Assembly (NCBI GenBank): GCA_001799895.1
Contig: MGUI01000051.1
Span: 1 to 32,000 of the forward strand
Reading direction: 5' to 3'
Length of the DNA stretch: 32,000 bases
DNA from: Elusimicrobia bacterium GWD2_63_28
GTDB lineage: Bacteria > Elusimicrobiota > Elusimicrobia > Elusimicrobiales > UBA9959
Shown: one piece after another, positions 1-8,670 of the stretch
Layout: every line of letters starts with the position of its first letter
Numbering within the stretch: position 1 is the stretch's first letter
Translations under genes and position numbers: made by a program
Notes under the pieces: generated by a model
Seen by the model: only the letters and a program-made list of their open reading frames with translations
The model's database searches: none
Told to the model about the DNA's origin: nothing

Positions 1-144
1 GGCTCCGATTTCGGCGGCCGCAAGCTGACCGTGAACGAGGCTCGCCCGATGGAAGCCCGCCCCCGCTCCGGCGGTTTCGGCGGTGACCGCGGCGGCCGCG
101 GCGGCGATCGCGGTGGTCGCGGCGGCTACGGCGACAAGTGGTAA
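1..144 (+). CDS. RNA-binding protein, RRM-type, C-terminal fragment with Arg/Gly-rich tail (5' end outside window)
   Basis: Frame 1 is open from the window edge to TAA 142-144 and reads GSDFGGRKLTVNEARPMEARPRSGGFGGDRGGRGGDRGGRGGYGDKW. 'KLTVNEARP' looks like the end of a bacterial RRM domain and is followed by an RGG tail. A strong terminator follows. Confidence 0.55.
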   Translation, partial: GSDFGGRKLTVNEARPMEARPRSGGFGGDRGGRGGDRGGRGGYGDKW

Positions 145-168
145 TTTAAGATCCTTTAACGGTCTTAA

Positions 169-197
169 GCGCCCCGGGCAACCGGGGCGCTTTTTTT
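169..197 (+). terminator. Rho-independent terminator of the RRM gene
   Basis: GCGCCCCGG (169-177), loop gcaa, CCGGGGCGC (182-190), then T7 (191-197). Confidence 0.85.
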
Positions 198-200
198 AAT

Positions 201-274
201 TAGGGACAGCCCCCTATTTCCGGTCTCCCTGGCGCAACTCTGGAGGCTCCTTGGAAAATAGGGGCTGTCCCTAT
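201..274. repeat. Long imperfect inverted repeat (about 18-bp arms, about 36-nt loop) followed by a T-run
   Basis: TAGGGACAGCCCCCTATTT (201-219) pairs with AATAGGGGCTGTCCCTA (257-274) with one C/G length difference. TTTTT follows at 274-278. It lies between the upstream terminator and the downstream promoter. Confidence 0.6.
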
Positions 275-284
275 TTTTCAACCC

Positions 285-312
285 TTGACAGGTCAAGCGG
301 CTCTGCTATACT
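285..312 (+). promoter_or_regulatory. Sigma70-type promoter of the peptidase gene
   Basis: TTGACA (285-290), 16 nt spacer, TATACT (307-312). RBS AAGGAG at about 329-334, then ATG 340. Confidence 0.6.
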
Positions 313-339
313 ATTAGCGATGGTTTTAAGGAGACCTAT

Positions 340-1590
340 ATGAAGAACATCCTGCTGCTGCCTCTCCTCCTGTCCCTGCTGGCGCCCGCCCTTAGCGCGG
401 AGGGCTCCGCGCTGGACGGGCTTAATTTCTCCTCCGTCTCGGGCGCCCCCGCCGTGCCGAAGCCGGTGCTGGAGAGATCCGCCCCGGCCGCGCCCAAGGA
501 ATGGACCGTTATGGTCTTCCTCAACGCCAAGAACGACCTGGAGCGCTTCGGCATGCAGGATATGAACGAAATGGAGAGGGTCGGCTCCTCGGACCAGGTC
601 AACGTGGTGGTGGAGATGGGCCGCATGGCCGGCTATGATTCCTCGGACGGGGACTGGACCGGCGTGCGCCGCTACTATGTCACCCGCGACTCCAACACCC
701 GCCGCATCAGCTCCCGGGTGGTGGAGGACATGGGCGCCGTGAACATGGGCGACGCCGACGAGTTGCGCAAGTTCGTGACCTGGGCCAAGCGGCAGTACCC
801 CGCCAGGCGCTACGCCCTGGTGGTCTGGAACCACGGCAGCGGCTGGCTGCGCGGCAACCCCGCCCCGTACGAGGGCAAGGGCATCTCTTACGACGAAGAG
901 ACCGGCAACAATATAGATACTCCCCAGCTGCGCCGCTCCATAGCGGACGCCGGCGGCGTGGACCTGCTGGCCTCGGACGCCTGCCTGATGCAGATGGCCG
1001 AGGTGGCCTACGAGGTGCGGAGCGCCGCCAAGTACATGGTGGGCTCCGAGGAGACCGAGCCGGGCGCAGGCTATGACTATCGCAAGGTGCTGCTGCCGCT
1101 GACGCTGCTGCCCTCCATGAGCACGGCCAACTTCGGGCGCGTGATAGTGGCGGCCTACTGGGACAACAACAAGATAGGCCGCGACGTGGCCACGCATTCC
1201 ATCCTGGACCTGTCCAAGGCCACCGGGCTGGCGCAGCGCATGCACGCTTTCGCCCGCACGGCCATGGCCTCCACCGACAAGGCCGTCATCCAGCGGGCGC
1301 GCGCCGACGCCCAGAGCTACGCCATCGGGGACAATAAGGACCTTAAACACTTCGCGCAACTGACGGCCGACCGGGCCACCGACGCGAACCTGAAGGCGGC
1401 CGCCCGCTCCCTGGTCTCTTTCATCGACGACGAGCTGGTGGTGCTGAACATGACCAGCATCATCCCGCGCAGCAATTCGGGGGGGATAGCCGCCTACCTG
1501 CCTACGGGCGCGGTCAGCCCGGACTTCGCCGCGCTGCAACTGTCGCAGGGCACGCAGTGGGACGAGTTCCTGGCCTGGCAGGCCCGTTAA
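340..1590 (+). CDS. Secreted clostripain-like cysteine peptidase (peptidase C11 family)
   Basis: 416-aa ORF with signal peptide MKNILLLPLLLSLLAPALSA. 'VVWNHGSGW' and 'LLASDACLM' match the His-Gly / Ala-Cys catalytic dyad spacing of the C11 family. Promoter, RBS and terminator are all present. Confidence 0.7.
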   Translation: MKNILLLPLLLSLLAPALSAEGSALDGLNFSSVSGAPAVPKPVLERSAPAAPKEWTVMVFLNAKNDLERFGMQDMNEMERVGSSDQVNVVVEMGRMAGYDSSDGDWTGVRRYYVTRDSNTRRISSRVVEDMGAVNMGDADELRKFVTWAKRQYPARRYALVVWNHGSGWLRGNPAPYEGKGISYDEETGNNIDTPQLRRSIADAGGVDLLASDACLMQMAEVAYEVRSAAKYMVGSEETEPGAGYDYRKVLLPLTLLPSMSTANFGRVIVAAYWDNNKIGRDVATHSILDLSKATGLAQRMHAFARTAMASTDKAVIQRARADAQSYAIGDNKDLKHFAQLTADRATDANLKAAARSLVSFIDDELVVLNMTSIIPRSNSGGIAAYLPTGAVSPDFAALQLSQGTQWDEFLAWQAR

Positions 1591-1611
1591 AGCCAGGCGC
1601 AACCGCCAAAG

Positions 1612-1642
1612 CCGCCGCCCCTTAAAAGGCGGCGGTTTTTTT
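1612..1642 (+). terminator. Rho-independent terminator
   Basis: CCGCCGCC (1612-1619), loop ccttaaaa, GGCGGCGG (1628-1635), then T7 (1636-1642). Confidence 0.85.
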
Positions 1643-1691
1643 ATGCCTTGGCCGCCTGTTGCGCATAGCGCTTTGCGGCATTGGCATAGCC

Positions 1692-1720
1692 TTGACAAAG
1701 TTGTTATACGGATGTATAAT
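1692..1720 (+). promoter_or_regulatory. Sigma70-type promoter of the TetR/efflux operon
   Basis: TTGACA (1692-1697), 17 nt spacer, TATAAT (1715-1720). RBS GGAGG lies before ATG 1751. Confidence 0.7.
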
Positions 1721-1735
1721 TAAACAGTCGTATAA
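1704..1735. promoter_or_regulatory. Candidate TetR operator (palindrome plus an extra half-site) overlapping the -10 box
   Basis: TTATAC (1704-1709), ggat, GTATAA (1714-1719) form a 16-bp palindrome over the -10 box. A third half-site CGTATAA lies at 1729-1735. Confidence 0.45.
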
Positions 1736-1750
1736 TAATCCGGAGGAACT

Positions 1751-2380
1751 ATGGCAAGACCGCCGTCGGGAACAGATCTGAAACTTAAGGCCGCGGGCAG
1801 GCAATTGCTGCGAGAGCAGGGGATAACCGGCCTGACCGTGCGCGGCGCCTGCCGCGCCGCGGGGGTGAATACCGGCATGTTCCACTACTATTTCGGCTCC
1901 AAGGAGGAATTCCTTCAGGCTGTCCTCAAGGAAATGTACGCCGAATTTATGCTAAATTTCAAGGCGGGGGTTTCCGCGGGCGGCACGCCGCGGCAAAGGC
2001 TTAAGAACGCTCTGGTGGAAGTGGGCAGGTTCGCGCTCGGCATGCGCAAAACGGCGCCCATGCTGTTCGCGGACATGGCGCACGGCAAGACAGAGGCTTT
2101 CTCTTTCGCCAGTTCCAACCTGACCGAGCATATACGCCACATTGCGGCCCTGGCCGCCCAATGCCGCCCGGCTTCGGCGGTAAAAGAGCGCTCGGTCCCT
2201 TTCATGCTGGCGGCGCTGGTGCCAGTGATGATCTTTCCCGTGCTGGTGGCCGGCATCATGGAGCGCAACGGGGTAAAGAAACTGGGCGGGCTCTCGCTGG
2301 AGGAGCTGCGCGGCGAGATACTGTCCGACGAGGGTGTGGCCGCGAGGGCGGAAATAGCGCTGAGGGGTCTGGGGCTATGA
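1751..2380 (+). CDS. TetR/AcrR family transcriptional regulator
   Basis: 209 aa. The N-terminal HTH 'LTVRGACRAAGVNTGMFHYYFGSKEEFLQAVL' is typical of TetR. The stop overlaps the next start (ATGA at 2377-2380). Confidence 0.85.
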   Translation: MARPPSGTDLKLKAAGRQLLREQGITGLTVRGACRAAGVNTGMFHYYFGSKEEFLQAVLKEMYAEFMLNFKAGVSAGGTPRQRLKNALVEVGRFALGMRKTAPMLFADMAHGKTEAFSFASSNLTEHIRHIAALAAQCRPASAVKERSVPFMLAALVPVMIFPVLVAGIMERNGVKKLGGLSLEELRGEILSDEGVAARAEIALRGLGL

Positions 2381-3723
2381 AATTAATATTATTCCTTCTT
2401 ATACTGGCGGTGCCGGCCGGCGCGGCCGAGCTTTCGCTTACGCTGAAATCCGCGGAGGACAGCGCCCTGGCCGTTTCCAACCAGTACCGGGCGGCTAAAC
2501 TTTCGGCGGAGGCGGCCGAAGCCTCGGCGGCGGCGGCCGGAGCCCTGCTCAGCCCGCGCTTCGCCCTGGAGGGCAGCCTGCGCTATGTCCACGTGGTGCC
2601 GGAGATAGCCATGCCCGCTGCCCTGGGCGGCCCCAAGCCGCTGAGCGACAACTGGAATTATTCGGTCGGCCCTTCGGCCTATTGGACCTTTTTCGACGGC
2701 GGCGTCCTGAGCTCGGGCAGGAGCGCGGCGCGCAGGACGGCTGCCGCCCGCCGGGCCGAGGCTGAGCATGTCCGCCGGCAGACCGTGCTGAAGGCGCGGC
2801 AAGCCTACTTCCAGCTGCAGCTGGCGCTGGAGCGGGTTTACCTGATAGGAGAGAACCTGCAGCTTTCGCTGTCGCAGCTCAAGGATATAACGCTTGGCGC
2901 CAAGGCCGGGTCGCGCAGCCGGCTCGACGAAATTCGCGCCCGGCAGGAGACGCTGGCCCGCCGCCGCGACCTGGTGCGCGCGCGGGCGGACCTGGGCGCG
3001 GCGCTCAGGGAATTCGGCTTCCTGACCGGCCTGGAGCCGCCGGCTGGCGCCGCCTTCCCCATAGACTCCCGCTTGGCGGGGCGCGACTTGGGCGGGGCGC
3101 AGGAGGCCGAACTGTTCATAAAAGCCGAGCCCTACGCCGAGATGAGCGGCCGCCTGCTGCCGGCGGCAGACGGCAGCCTGGATAAGGCCCTTCCTTCGGT
3201 GACGGCCCTTGAGAATTCGGCCCGCGCCTTCAGCGCCCTGGCCGGCGGGCACAAGGCCGAGCGGCTGCCGCGCCTGACGCTGGGCGCGCGCTCGTCGCTG
3301 GATTACCCTAACGGCCCCAACCTTTATTCGTTCATCCAGAACTCGGCTTCGCTGTCGCTCTCGCTGCCCTTGTTCGAGGGCGGCCGCTCTTCGGATAAAC
3401 GCAAGGAGCATGAGCTGAACGCGGCCGCCGCTTCGGAGCGCCGCGGCGAGGCGGCGCTGGCCGCGGAGAAAGATTTCAGGAAGGCGCTGGATGCCTACTC
3501 CGCCCTGCTGGCCGAGCAGGAGATAAACATAGAGGCTGTAGACGACTCCGTTGAAGCTTCGAAGCTGGCCTATGAGGCTTACAAGGCCGGCGGCGGTACC
3601 TGGCTGGAGGTGGAGAGCGCCAACCTGAAGGCGCTGCAGGCCAAAACCATGGCGGCCACGGCTAACGCGGAGATACTTATAAAACTTGCTTTACTCGACA
3701 GTCTTACCGGGAGCGTGAAATAG
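2377..3723 (+). CDS. TolC-family outer membrane efflux protein
   Basis: In-frame ATG at 2377 gives signal peptide MKLILFLLILAVPAGAAE. Two repeated coiled-coil/beta halves are typical of OEP/TolC. The 72 codons upstream in the track ORF overlap tetR and are Arg/Gly-rich junk. Confidence 0.8.
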   Translation: MKLILFLLILAVPAGAAELSLTLKSAEDSALAVSNQYRAAKLSAEAAEASAAAAGALLSPRFALEGSLRYVHVVPEIAMPAALGGPKPLSDNWNYSVGPSAYWTFFDGGVLSSGRSAARRTAAARRAEAEHVRRQTVLKARQAYFQLQLALERVYLIGENLQLSLSQLKDITLGAKAGSRSRLDEIRARQETLARRRDLVRARADLGAALREFGFLTGLEPPAGAAFPIDSRLAGRDLGGAQEAELFIKAEPYAEMSGRLLPAADGSLDKALPSVTALENSARAFSALAGGHKAERLPRLTLGARSSLDYPNGPNLYSFIQNSASLSLSLPLFEGGRSSDKRKEHELNAAAASERRGEAALAAEKDFRKALDAYSALLAEQEINIEAVDDSVEASKLAYEAYKAGGGTWLEVESANLKALQAKTMAATANAEILIKLALLDSLTGSVK

Positions 3724-3724
3724 T

Positions 3725-4450
3725 ATGAAAAAGAAAATAATACCGCTGGTCCTTATCGCCGTTATCGGCGTTCTGGCCTTCCTGAAAATGAGGAGCGGGG
3801 GGGATTTCCGCTACGCCGGCACCATAGAGGCCACCGAGATAGACCTATCGGCGCGCATCCCCGGCGTGATAGATTCCTACGGCGCGCGGGAGGGCGACCC
3901 GGTGAAGAAAGGCCAGGTTATCGCGTCCCTCGACTGCGCCGACTTGCGCCTGGCCGCGGGCATAGCCTCCGAAGACTTTAAGCGTGCCGAAGAGCTCTAC
4001 GCCGGCGGTTCGGTATCTAAAGAGAATTACGACCGGCTGAAATACCGGCGCGACGACTCCGCCCTGAAGGTGGACTGGTGCGCGGTAAAATCCCCTTCCG
4101 CCGGGCGCCTGCTCTACGCCTACCGGGAGAAGGGAGAACTGGTGGCTCCGGGCACGAAGCTTGCCACGGTAGCCGACCTGTCCGAGGTGTGGGCCTATAT
4201 CTATGTGCCGCACGACCTGCTGGCGAAGCTGAGCGCCGGGATGGAGGTGCAGGGCTACCTGCCCGAGGCCGGCGACAAGGAATTCGCCGGGCGTATCTCC
4301 GTAATTTATTCCGAGGCGGAGTTCACGCCGAAGAACGTGCAGACCCGCAAAGAGCGCACGCGCCTGGTCTTCGCGGTAAAGGCGGCCTTTCCCAACCCTG
4401 GCGAGACCCTGAAGCCCGGGATGACCATAGAGGTCAAACTGCCGGAGTAA
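3725..4450 (+). CDS. HlyD-family periplasmic adaptor (membrane fusion protein), short form
   Basis: 241 aa with an N-terminal TM anchor and biotinyl-lipoyl-like segments ('GQVIASLD', 'VKSPSAGRL'). Its position between the TolC and ABC genes matches YbhG-type adaptors. Confidence 0.75.
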   Translation: MKKKIIPLVLIAVIGVLAFLKMRSGGDFRYAGTIEATEIDLSARIPGVIDSYGAREGDPVKKGQVIASLDCADLRLAAGIASEDFKRAEELYAGGSVSKENYDRLKYRRDDSALKVDWCAVKSPSAGRLLYAYREKGELVAPGTKLATVADLSEVWAYIYVPHDLLAKLSAGMEVQGYLPEAGDKEFAGRISVIYSEAEFTPKNVQTRKERTRLVFAVKAAFPNPGETLKPGMTIEVKLPE

Positions 4451-4454
4451 AGAC

Positions 4455-5180
4455 ATGAGCGCATTTTCGATAAAGACAAAGACACTAAAAAAGGACTTCG
4501 GCGCCGTGCAGGCGCTGAAGGGTGTGTCTTTCGATTTTTCGGAAGGATTGTTGCACGGCCTGATAGGCTCCAACGGGGCGGGCAAGACCACCACCATGCG
4601 GCTGCTGGCCGGGTTGCTGAAGCCGTCGGCCGGGAGCGTCAGCTATTTCAAGGACGGCGCCCCGGCCGCTTTCGCCGACCTGCGCCCCAGCCTGGCCTAT
4701 ATGCCGCAGCAGGCGAGCCTCTACCCGGACCTGTCCATCGACGAGCACCTGGAGTTCTTCCGGGCCCTTTACCGGCTGGACGCCGCAACCTACGCGCGCC
4801 GCTCGAAGGAACTGCTCGGGATAACCAGGCTGGACAAGTTCAGGGAGCGCCGCGCCGGCCAGCTCTCCGGCGGCATGTACAAGAAGCTCGGCCTCATGTG
4901 CGCGCTGCTGCAGTCCCCTTCGGTGCTGCTGCTCGACGAGCCCACTAACGGCGTAGACCCCATCAGCCGCCGCGAGTTCTGGGAGCTGCTGTATGCCCTG
5001 GGGGCGGACAGGATACTTGTGGTAGTTTCTACCGCGTACATGGACGAGGCCGAGCGCTGCGCGCGAGTGCACCTGCTCGACGACGGCACGCTATTGGCAT
5101 CGGGCGAGCCGCGGGCCGTGCTGAAGGAGCGGAGTGCGGCCAGCTTCGAGGAGATATTCATAAAGGGGGCCAACGGATGA
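4455..5180 (+). CDS. ABC transporter ATP-binding protein (first of two)
   Basis: Walker A GSNGAGKTT, signature LSGGMYKK, Walker B LLLLDEPT. Confidence 0.9.
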   Translation: MSAFSIKTKTLKKDFGAVQALKGVSFDFSEGLLHGLIGSNGAGKTTTMRLLAGLLKPSAGSVSYFKDGAPAAFADLRPSLAYMPQQASLYPDLSIDEHLEFFRALYRLDAATYARRSKELLGITRLDKFRERRAGQLSGGMYKKLGLMCALLQSPSVLLLDEPTNGVDPISRREFWELLYALGADRILVVVSTAYMDEAERCARVHLLDDGTLLASGEPRAVLKERSAASFEEIFIKGANG

Positions 5181-6103
5181 CCGCCGGCCCCGCCCTGGAG
5201 GTGAAAGGCCTCTCCATAAAGTTCGGCGAGTTCACCGCCGTGGACGAGGTCTCCTTCACGGTAGAGCGCGGGGAGATCTTCGGCTTCCTGGGCGCCAACG
5301 GCGCGGGCAAGACCACCACCATCAGGATGCTTTGCGGCCTGCTGATCCCTTCTTCCGGCTCGGCCCTGGTGGGCGGGCTGGGCTTTGCAGACGGCGGCAA
5401 AGGCATAAAGAAGATAGTGGGCTACATGTCCCAGAAGTTCACGCTTTACAACGATCTGACCGTCGGGGAGAACCTGGATTTCGCCGCCGGCCTGCGCAAA
5501 CTGGAACCGCGCTACGCCGCGAAACGCCGGAGGGAATTATTCGGGCTGATAGGCTTTGACCGCCCGCTCAATACGCTGGTGGCTTCGCTGCCCGGCGGGG
5601 TGAAGCAGGAGCTGGCGCTGGCCGCGGCCATGCTGCACGACCCGGAGATAGTCTTCCTCGACGAGCCCACCTCGGGCGTGGCCCCGGCCTCGCGCGCCCG
5701 TTTCTGGGCGCTGATACGCAAGGTCACCGCGCTCGGCAAGACGGTGATAGTGACCACCCATTATATGGACGAGGCCGAGCAATGCGGCCGCATAGCCCTG
5801 ATGCGCACCGGCCGGCTGATAGCGCTGGGTTCGCCTGACGAGCTGAAGGCCTCGGCCTTCCCGGGGCCCATGACCGAGCTGGACTTCAACGGGTCCGCTC
5901 CTGCTGCTTTTCTGGAGAATCTTGAAAAGGCCCCCGGCCTGCTGGAACTCTCGCCGCACGGCATGCGCTGGCACGCAGCTTTTAAAGATAAAGCGGCGAT
6001 GGAAGCCGCGCTGGCCGCCCTGCCGGCCGCCGCATCGTGCACCCTCATTAAACCTTCGCTCGAGGACGTGTTCATCCGCCTCGTAGAGGGGGTGGAGAGG
6101 TGA
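5177..6103 (+). CDS. ABC transporter ATP-binding protein (second of two, degenerate signature)
   Basis: Walker A GANGAGKTT, signature-like LPGGVKQE, Walker B IVFLDEPT. ATGA overlap with the upstream ATPase gene. Confidence 0.9.
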   Translation: MTAGPALEVKGLSIKFGEFTAVDEVSFTVERGEIFGFLGANGAGKTTTIRMLCGLLIPSSGSALVGGLGFADGGKGIKKIVGYMSQKFTLYNDLTVGENLDFAAGLRKLEPRYAAKRRRELFGLIGFDRPLNTLVASLPGGVKQELALAAAMLHDPEIVFLDEPTSGVAPASRARFWALIRKVTALGKTVIVTTHYMDEAEQCGRIALMRTGRLIALGSPDELKASAFPGPMTELDFNGSAPAAFLENLEKAPGLLELSPHGMRWHAAFKDKAAMEAALAALPAAASCTLIKPSLEDVFIRLVEGVER

Positions 6104-7215
6104 ACGCTTTTAACCTGCACCGGGCTTATTCCGTGGCGCGCAAAGAGGTCATGCATATCCTGCGCGACCCGTTCACGCTGGCGCTGGCGCTGGGCCTGCC
6201 GGTGATGCTGGTCACCTTCTTCGGCTACGCTATAGATTTCGAGGTGCGCGATATCAAGGTGGCCGTGGCCGACCGCGACAACGGCCCCGCCGCCCGCCGC
6301 CTCAAGGAGATCTTCGCCGCCTCCGGCTACTTCCGCGTCCTGGAGCCCGCCGGCAACCCGGTAGAGATGCTGGATTCGCGCCGCGCCGACGCCGCGCTTT
6401 TTATAGAGCCTGGCTTCTCACGCGACGCGCTGGGCGGCCGCCCGGCCAGGGTCCAGTTCGTGCTGGACGGCAGCGACAATTCCAAGGGCGCGGTGATGAT
6501 GGGCTACCTGCCCGGCATACAGCGGGCGGCCGCGACGCGCCTCTACGGGGTGGAGCCGCCCCCGGCGCCGCTCTCTATCGAGACGCGTTTCCTGTTCAAC
6601 CCTGAGCTCAGCAGCCGCTGGTTCATGGTGCCGGGCCTGGGCGCCATCATCATAGGCCTGCTCGCCATCCTGCTCACCGCCATGACGGTGGCGCGCGAAT
6701 GGGAGAACGGCTCTATGGAACTGCTGCTCTCCACTCCGGTGCGGCCGCTGGAAATCATCATCGGCAAGCTCGCGCCTTACGGCCTGCTGGTGCTCATCGG
6801 CGTGTTCTTCGTCTACCTCTCCGCGCGGCTGGTGTTCGGCGTGCCCTTCCTTGGCTCCCACCTGCTGTTCCTGCTCGCTTGCCTGCTCTTCATCACGGCG
6901 GCGCTGTCGCAGGGGCTGTTCATCTCGGTGGTCACGCGCCAGCAGCAGGTGGCCATGCAGGTGGGCATCATCTCCGGCCTGCTGCCTTCCATGCTGCTGT
7001 CCGGCTTCATCTTCCCGGTGGAGAGCATGCCGGCCTTCTTCCAGTATTTCACCATGATCCTGCCGCCCAGGTGGTTCATGGAGGCCGCGCGCGGCATCTT
7101 CCTGAAAGGCTCCGGGCTGGCGGAGCTCGCCGTGCCGCTCCTGGCGCTGGCGGGCTTGAGCCTGCTGCTGCTGGCGCTGGCGCTTAAAAAATTCAAGACG
7201 GACCTGGAGCCCTGA
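6100..7215 (+). CDS. ABC-2 type transporter permease
   Basis: 371 aa. GTG start overlaps the upstream TGA (GTGA). One N-terminal TM, a large periplasmic loop, then 5 TMs, typical of YbhS/YbhR-like ABC-2 permeases. Confidence 0.85.
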   Translation: MNAFNLHRAYSVARKEVMHILRDPFTLALALGLPVMLVTFFGYAIDFEVRDIKVAVADRDNGPAARRLKEIFAASGYFRVLEPAGNPVEMLDSRRADAALFIEPGFSRDALGGRPARVQFVLDGSDNSKGAVMMGYLPGIQRAAATRLYGVEPPPAPLSIETRFLFNPELSSRWFMVPGLGAIIIGLLAILLTAMTVAREWENGSMELLLSTPVRPLEIIIGKLAPYGLLVLIGVFFVYLSARLVFGVPFLGSHLLFLLACLLFITAALSQGLFISVVTRQQQVAMQVGIISGLLPSMLLSGFIFPVESMPAFFQYFTMILPPRWFMEAARGIFLKGSGLAELAVPLLALAGLSLLLLALALKKFKTDLEP

Positions 7216-7216
7216 T

Positions 7217-8314
7217 ATGAACCAGACGCTCAAGGCTTTTATAAAGAAAGAACTGGTGCAGACGCTGCGCGACGTGCGCATGCGGATACTGCTCTTCGGC
7301 GCCCCGATACTTCAGCTCACTATCTTCGGCCTGGCGCTGTCGAGCGAGATCAAGAACATCAAGCTTGCGGTGTTCAGCCAGCCGGGCGACACGGCGGCGG
7401 TGCGGCTCGCGGACGATTTCTACTCTTCGGGCTGGTTCAAGCCGGCGCTCTTTTCGCCCGGCGAGGACGCATTCGAGCTCATCGGTTCCGGCCGGGCCGA
7501 CGCGGTGCTGATCATGCCGCCCGGGGGCTTGGGCCGTGCGGCCGGGCGGAGCGAGGGGAAAATGCAGCTCCTGGTGGACGCTTCCAACGCCACCAAGGCC
7601 CGGGTGGTGGAGGGCTACGCCAAAACCATAACTGCCAGGGCCGCCGCGGCCTACGGAGCGCCGCCGGCGCAGGCGCTGTCCTTCGACGTGCGGGTGCTCT
7701 ACAACCCCGCCATGGAGTCCGCCCTGTTCCTGGTGCCCGGCGTGGTGGGCATGCTCATCTGCCTGGTCACCATCATACTTACCGCCATGTCGCTCACGCG
7801 CGAGCGGGAGCTGGGCACCTTCGAGACCATAGTCTCCGCGCCGCTCTCCGACGGGGAGATCCTGCTCGGCAAGACGCTGCCTTTCGTCCTGCTGGGGATG
7901 GCCGTCTTCGTGCTGGTGCTGACGGCGGCCCATTTTATATTCGGCGTGCCGGTGCGCGGGCCGCTGTGGCAGCTGTTCCTGGCGGCCTTCGTGTTTATCA
8001 TAACCACCGTGAGCGTGGGCACTTGCATCTCCACGCTGGCCCGCAACCAGCAGCAGGCCATGCTGGGCGGCTTCATGTTCCTGTTCCCGGCCATCCTGAT
8101 GAGCGGCATCATGTACCCGGTGGAGAACATGCCGCCGTCCGTCATCGCCGCCGCCTACCTGGACCCGCTGATGTATTTCATGCGGCTGCTGCGGAGTATA
8201 ATGTTAAAAGGCGGCGATCTGCACGTTTTCTGGACCAATGTGGGCGCGCTGGCGCTGATGGCGGCTTTCGCCGCCGGGCTGGCGTACAATCGTTTCAGGC
8301 AGACGCTGGACTAG
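7217..8314 (+). CDS. ABC-2 type transporter permease (paralogue)
   Basis: 365 aa with the same topology as, and clear similarity to, the preceding permease (for example 'ARNQQQAM' versus 'TRQQQVAM'). Confidence 0.85.
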   Translation: MNQTLKAFIKKELVQTLRDVRMRILLFGAPILQLTIFGLALSSEIKNIKLAVFSQPGDTAAVRLADDFYSSGWFKPALFSPGEDAFELIGSGRADAVLIMPPGGLGRAAGRSEGKMQLLVDASNATKARVVEGYAKTITARAAAAYGAPPAQALSFDVRVLYNPAMESALFLVPGVVGMLICLVTIILTAMSLTRERELGTFETIVSAPLSDGEILLGKTLPFVLLGMAVFVLVLTAAHFIFGVPVRGPLWQLFLAAFVFIITTVSVGTCISTLARNQQQAMLGGFMFLFPAILMSGIMYPVENMPPSVIAAAYLDPLMYFMRLLRSIMLKGGDLHVFWTNVGALALMAAFAAGLAYNRFRQTLD

Positions 8315-8322
8315 GAGAATAT

Positions 8323-8661
8323 ATGGCTAAAATAGAAAAGAAGGAAGATCTGCGCGGCAAGGCCCTGAAGGCCAAAGACCTGGTGGGCTATGACGCGGGC
8401 GCGGTGGTCAGCCGCACGATAATACAGAAGCCGGTGGGCACGGTAACCATCTTCTCGTTCGACAAGGGGCAGGGCTTGAGCGAGCATACCGCCCCGTTCG
8501 ACGCGATGGTGGAGATCCTCGACGGCGAGGCGGAGATCCTGATAGACCGCAAGCCGGTAAAGGTGAAGGCGGGGGAATTCATCATCATGCCCGCCAACCG
8601 CCCGCACGCCCTGAAGGCCGTGAAGAAGTTCAAGATGGCGCTGATAATGATAAAGGCCTGA
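8323..8661 (+). CDS. Cupin domain protein
   Basis: In-frame ATG 8323 follows RBS AGGAG (8312-8316). 112 aa with 'SEHTAPFDAMVEILDGEAEI...GEFIIMPANRPHAL', a cupin two-motif pattern. The upstream part of track ORF 7966.. overlaps the permease gene. Confidence 0.7.
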   Translation: MAKIEKKEDLRGKALKAKDLVGYDAGAVVSRTIIQKPVGTVTIFSFDKGQGLSEHTAPFDAMVEILDGEAEILIDRKPVKVKAGEFIIMPANRPHALKAVKKFKMALIMIKA

Positions 8662-8670
8662 CATTGCCGG

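Noticed and set aside
61-135. GGC/CGC-rich quasi-repetitive DNA at the window start
   Set aside because: It is explained by coding for the RGG tail (GGFGGDRGGRGGDRGGRGG) of the RNA-binding protein. It is not an independent tandem repeat or G-quadruplex element that I can support.
271-1698. 475-aa ORF on the minus strand opposite the C11 peptidase gene
   Set aside because: It is a typical high-GC antisense shadow ORF. The product is Arg/Gly/Ala/His-rich and of low complexity. It has no RBS or motif and runs across a promoter and terminators of the plus-strand genes.
2161-2376. Upstream extensions of track ORFs (2161.., 7966.., 18659.., 22508.., 23564.., 24283.., 28403..)
   Set aside because: In each case the extension overlaps the 3' end of the preceding well-supported gene and is Arg/Gly/Pro-rich. 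An internal ATG gives a proper signal peptide or family-typical N-terminus, usually with an RBS or a stop/start overlap.
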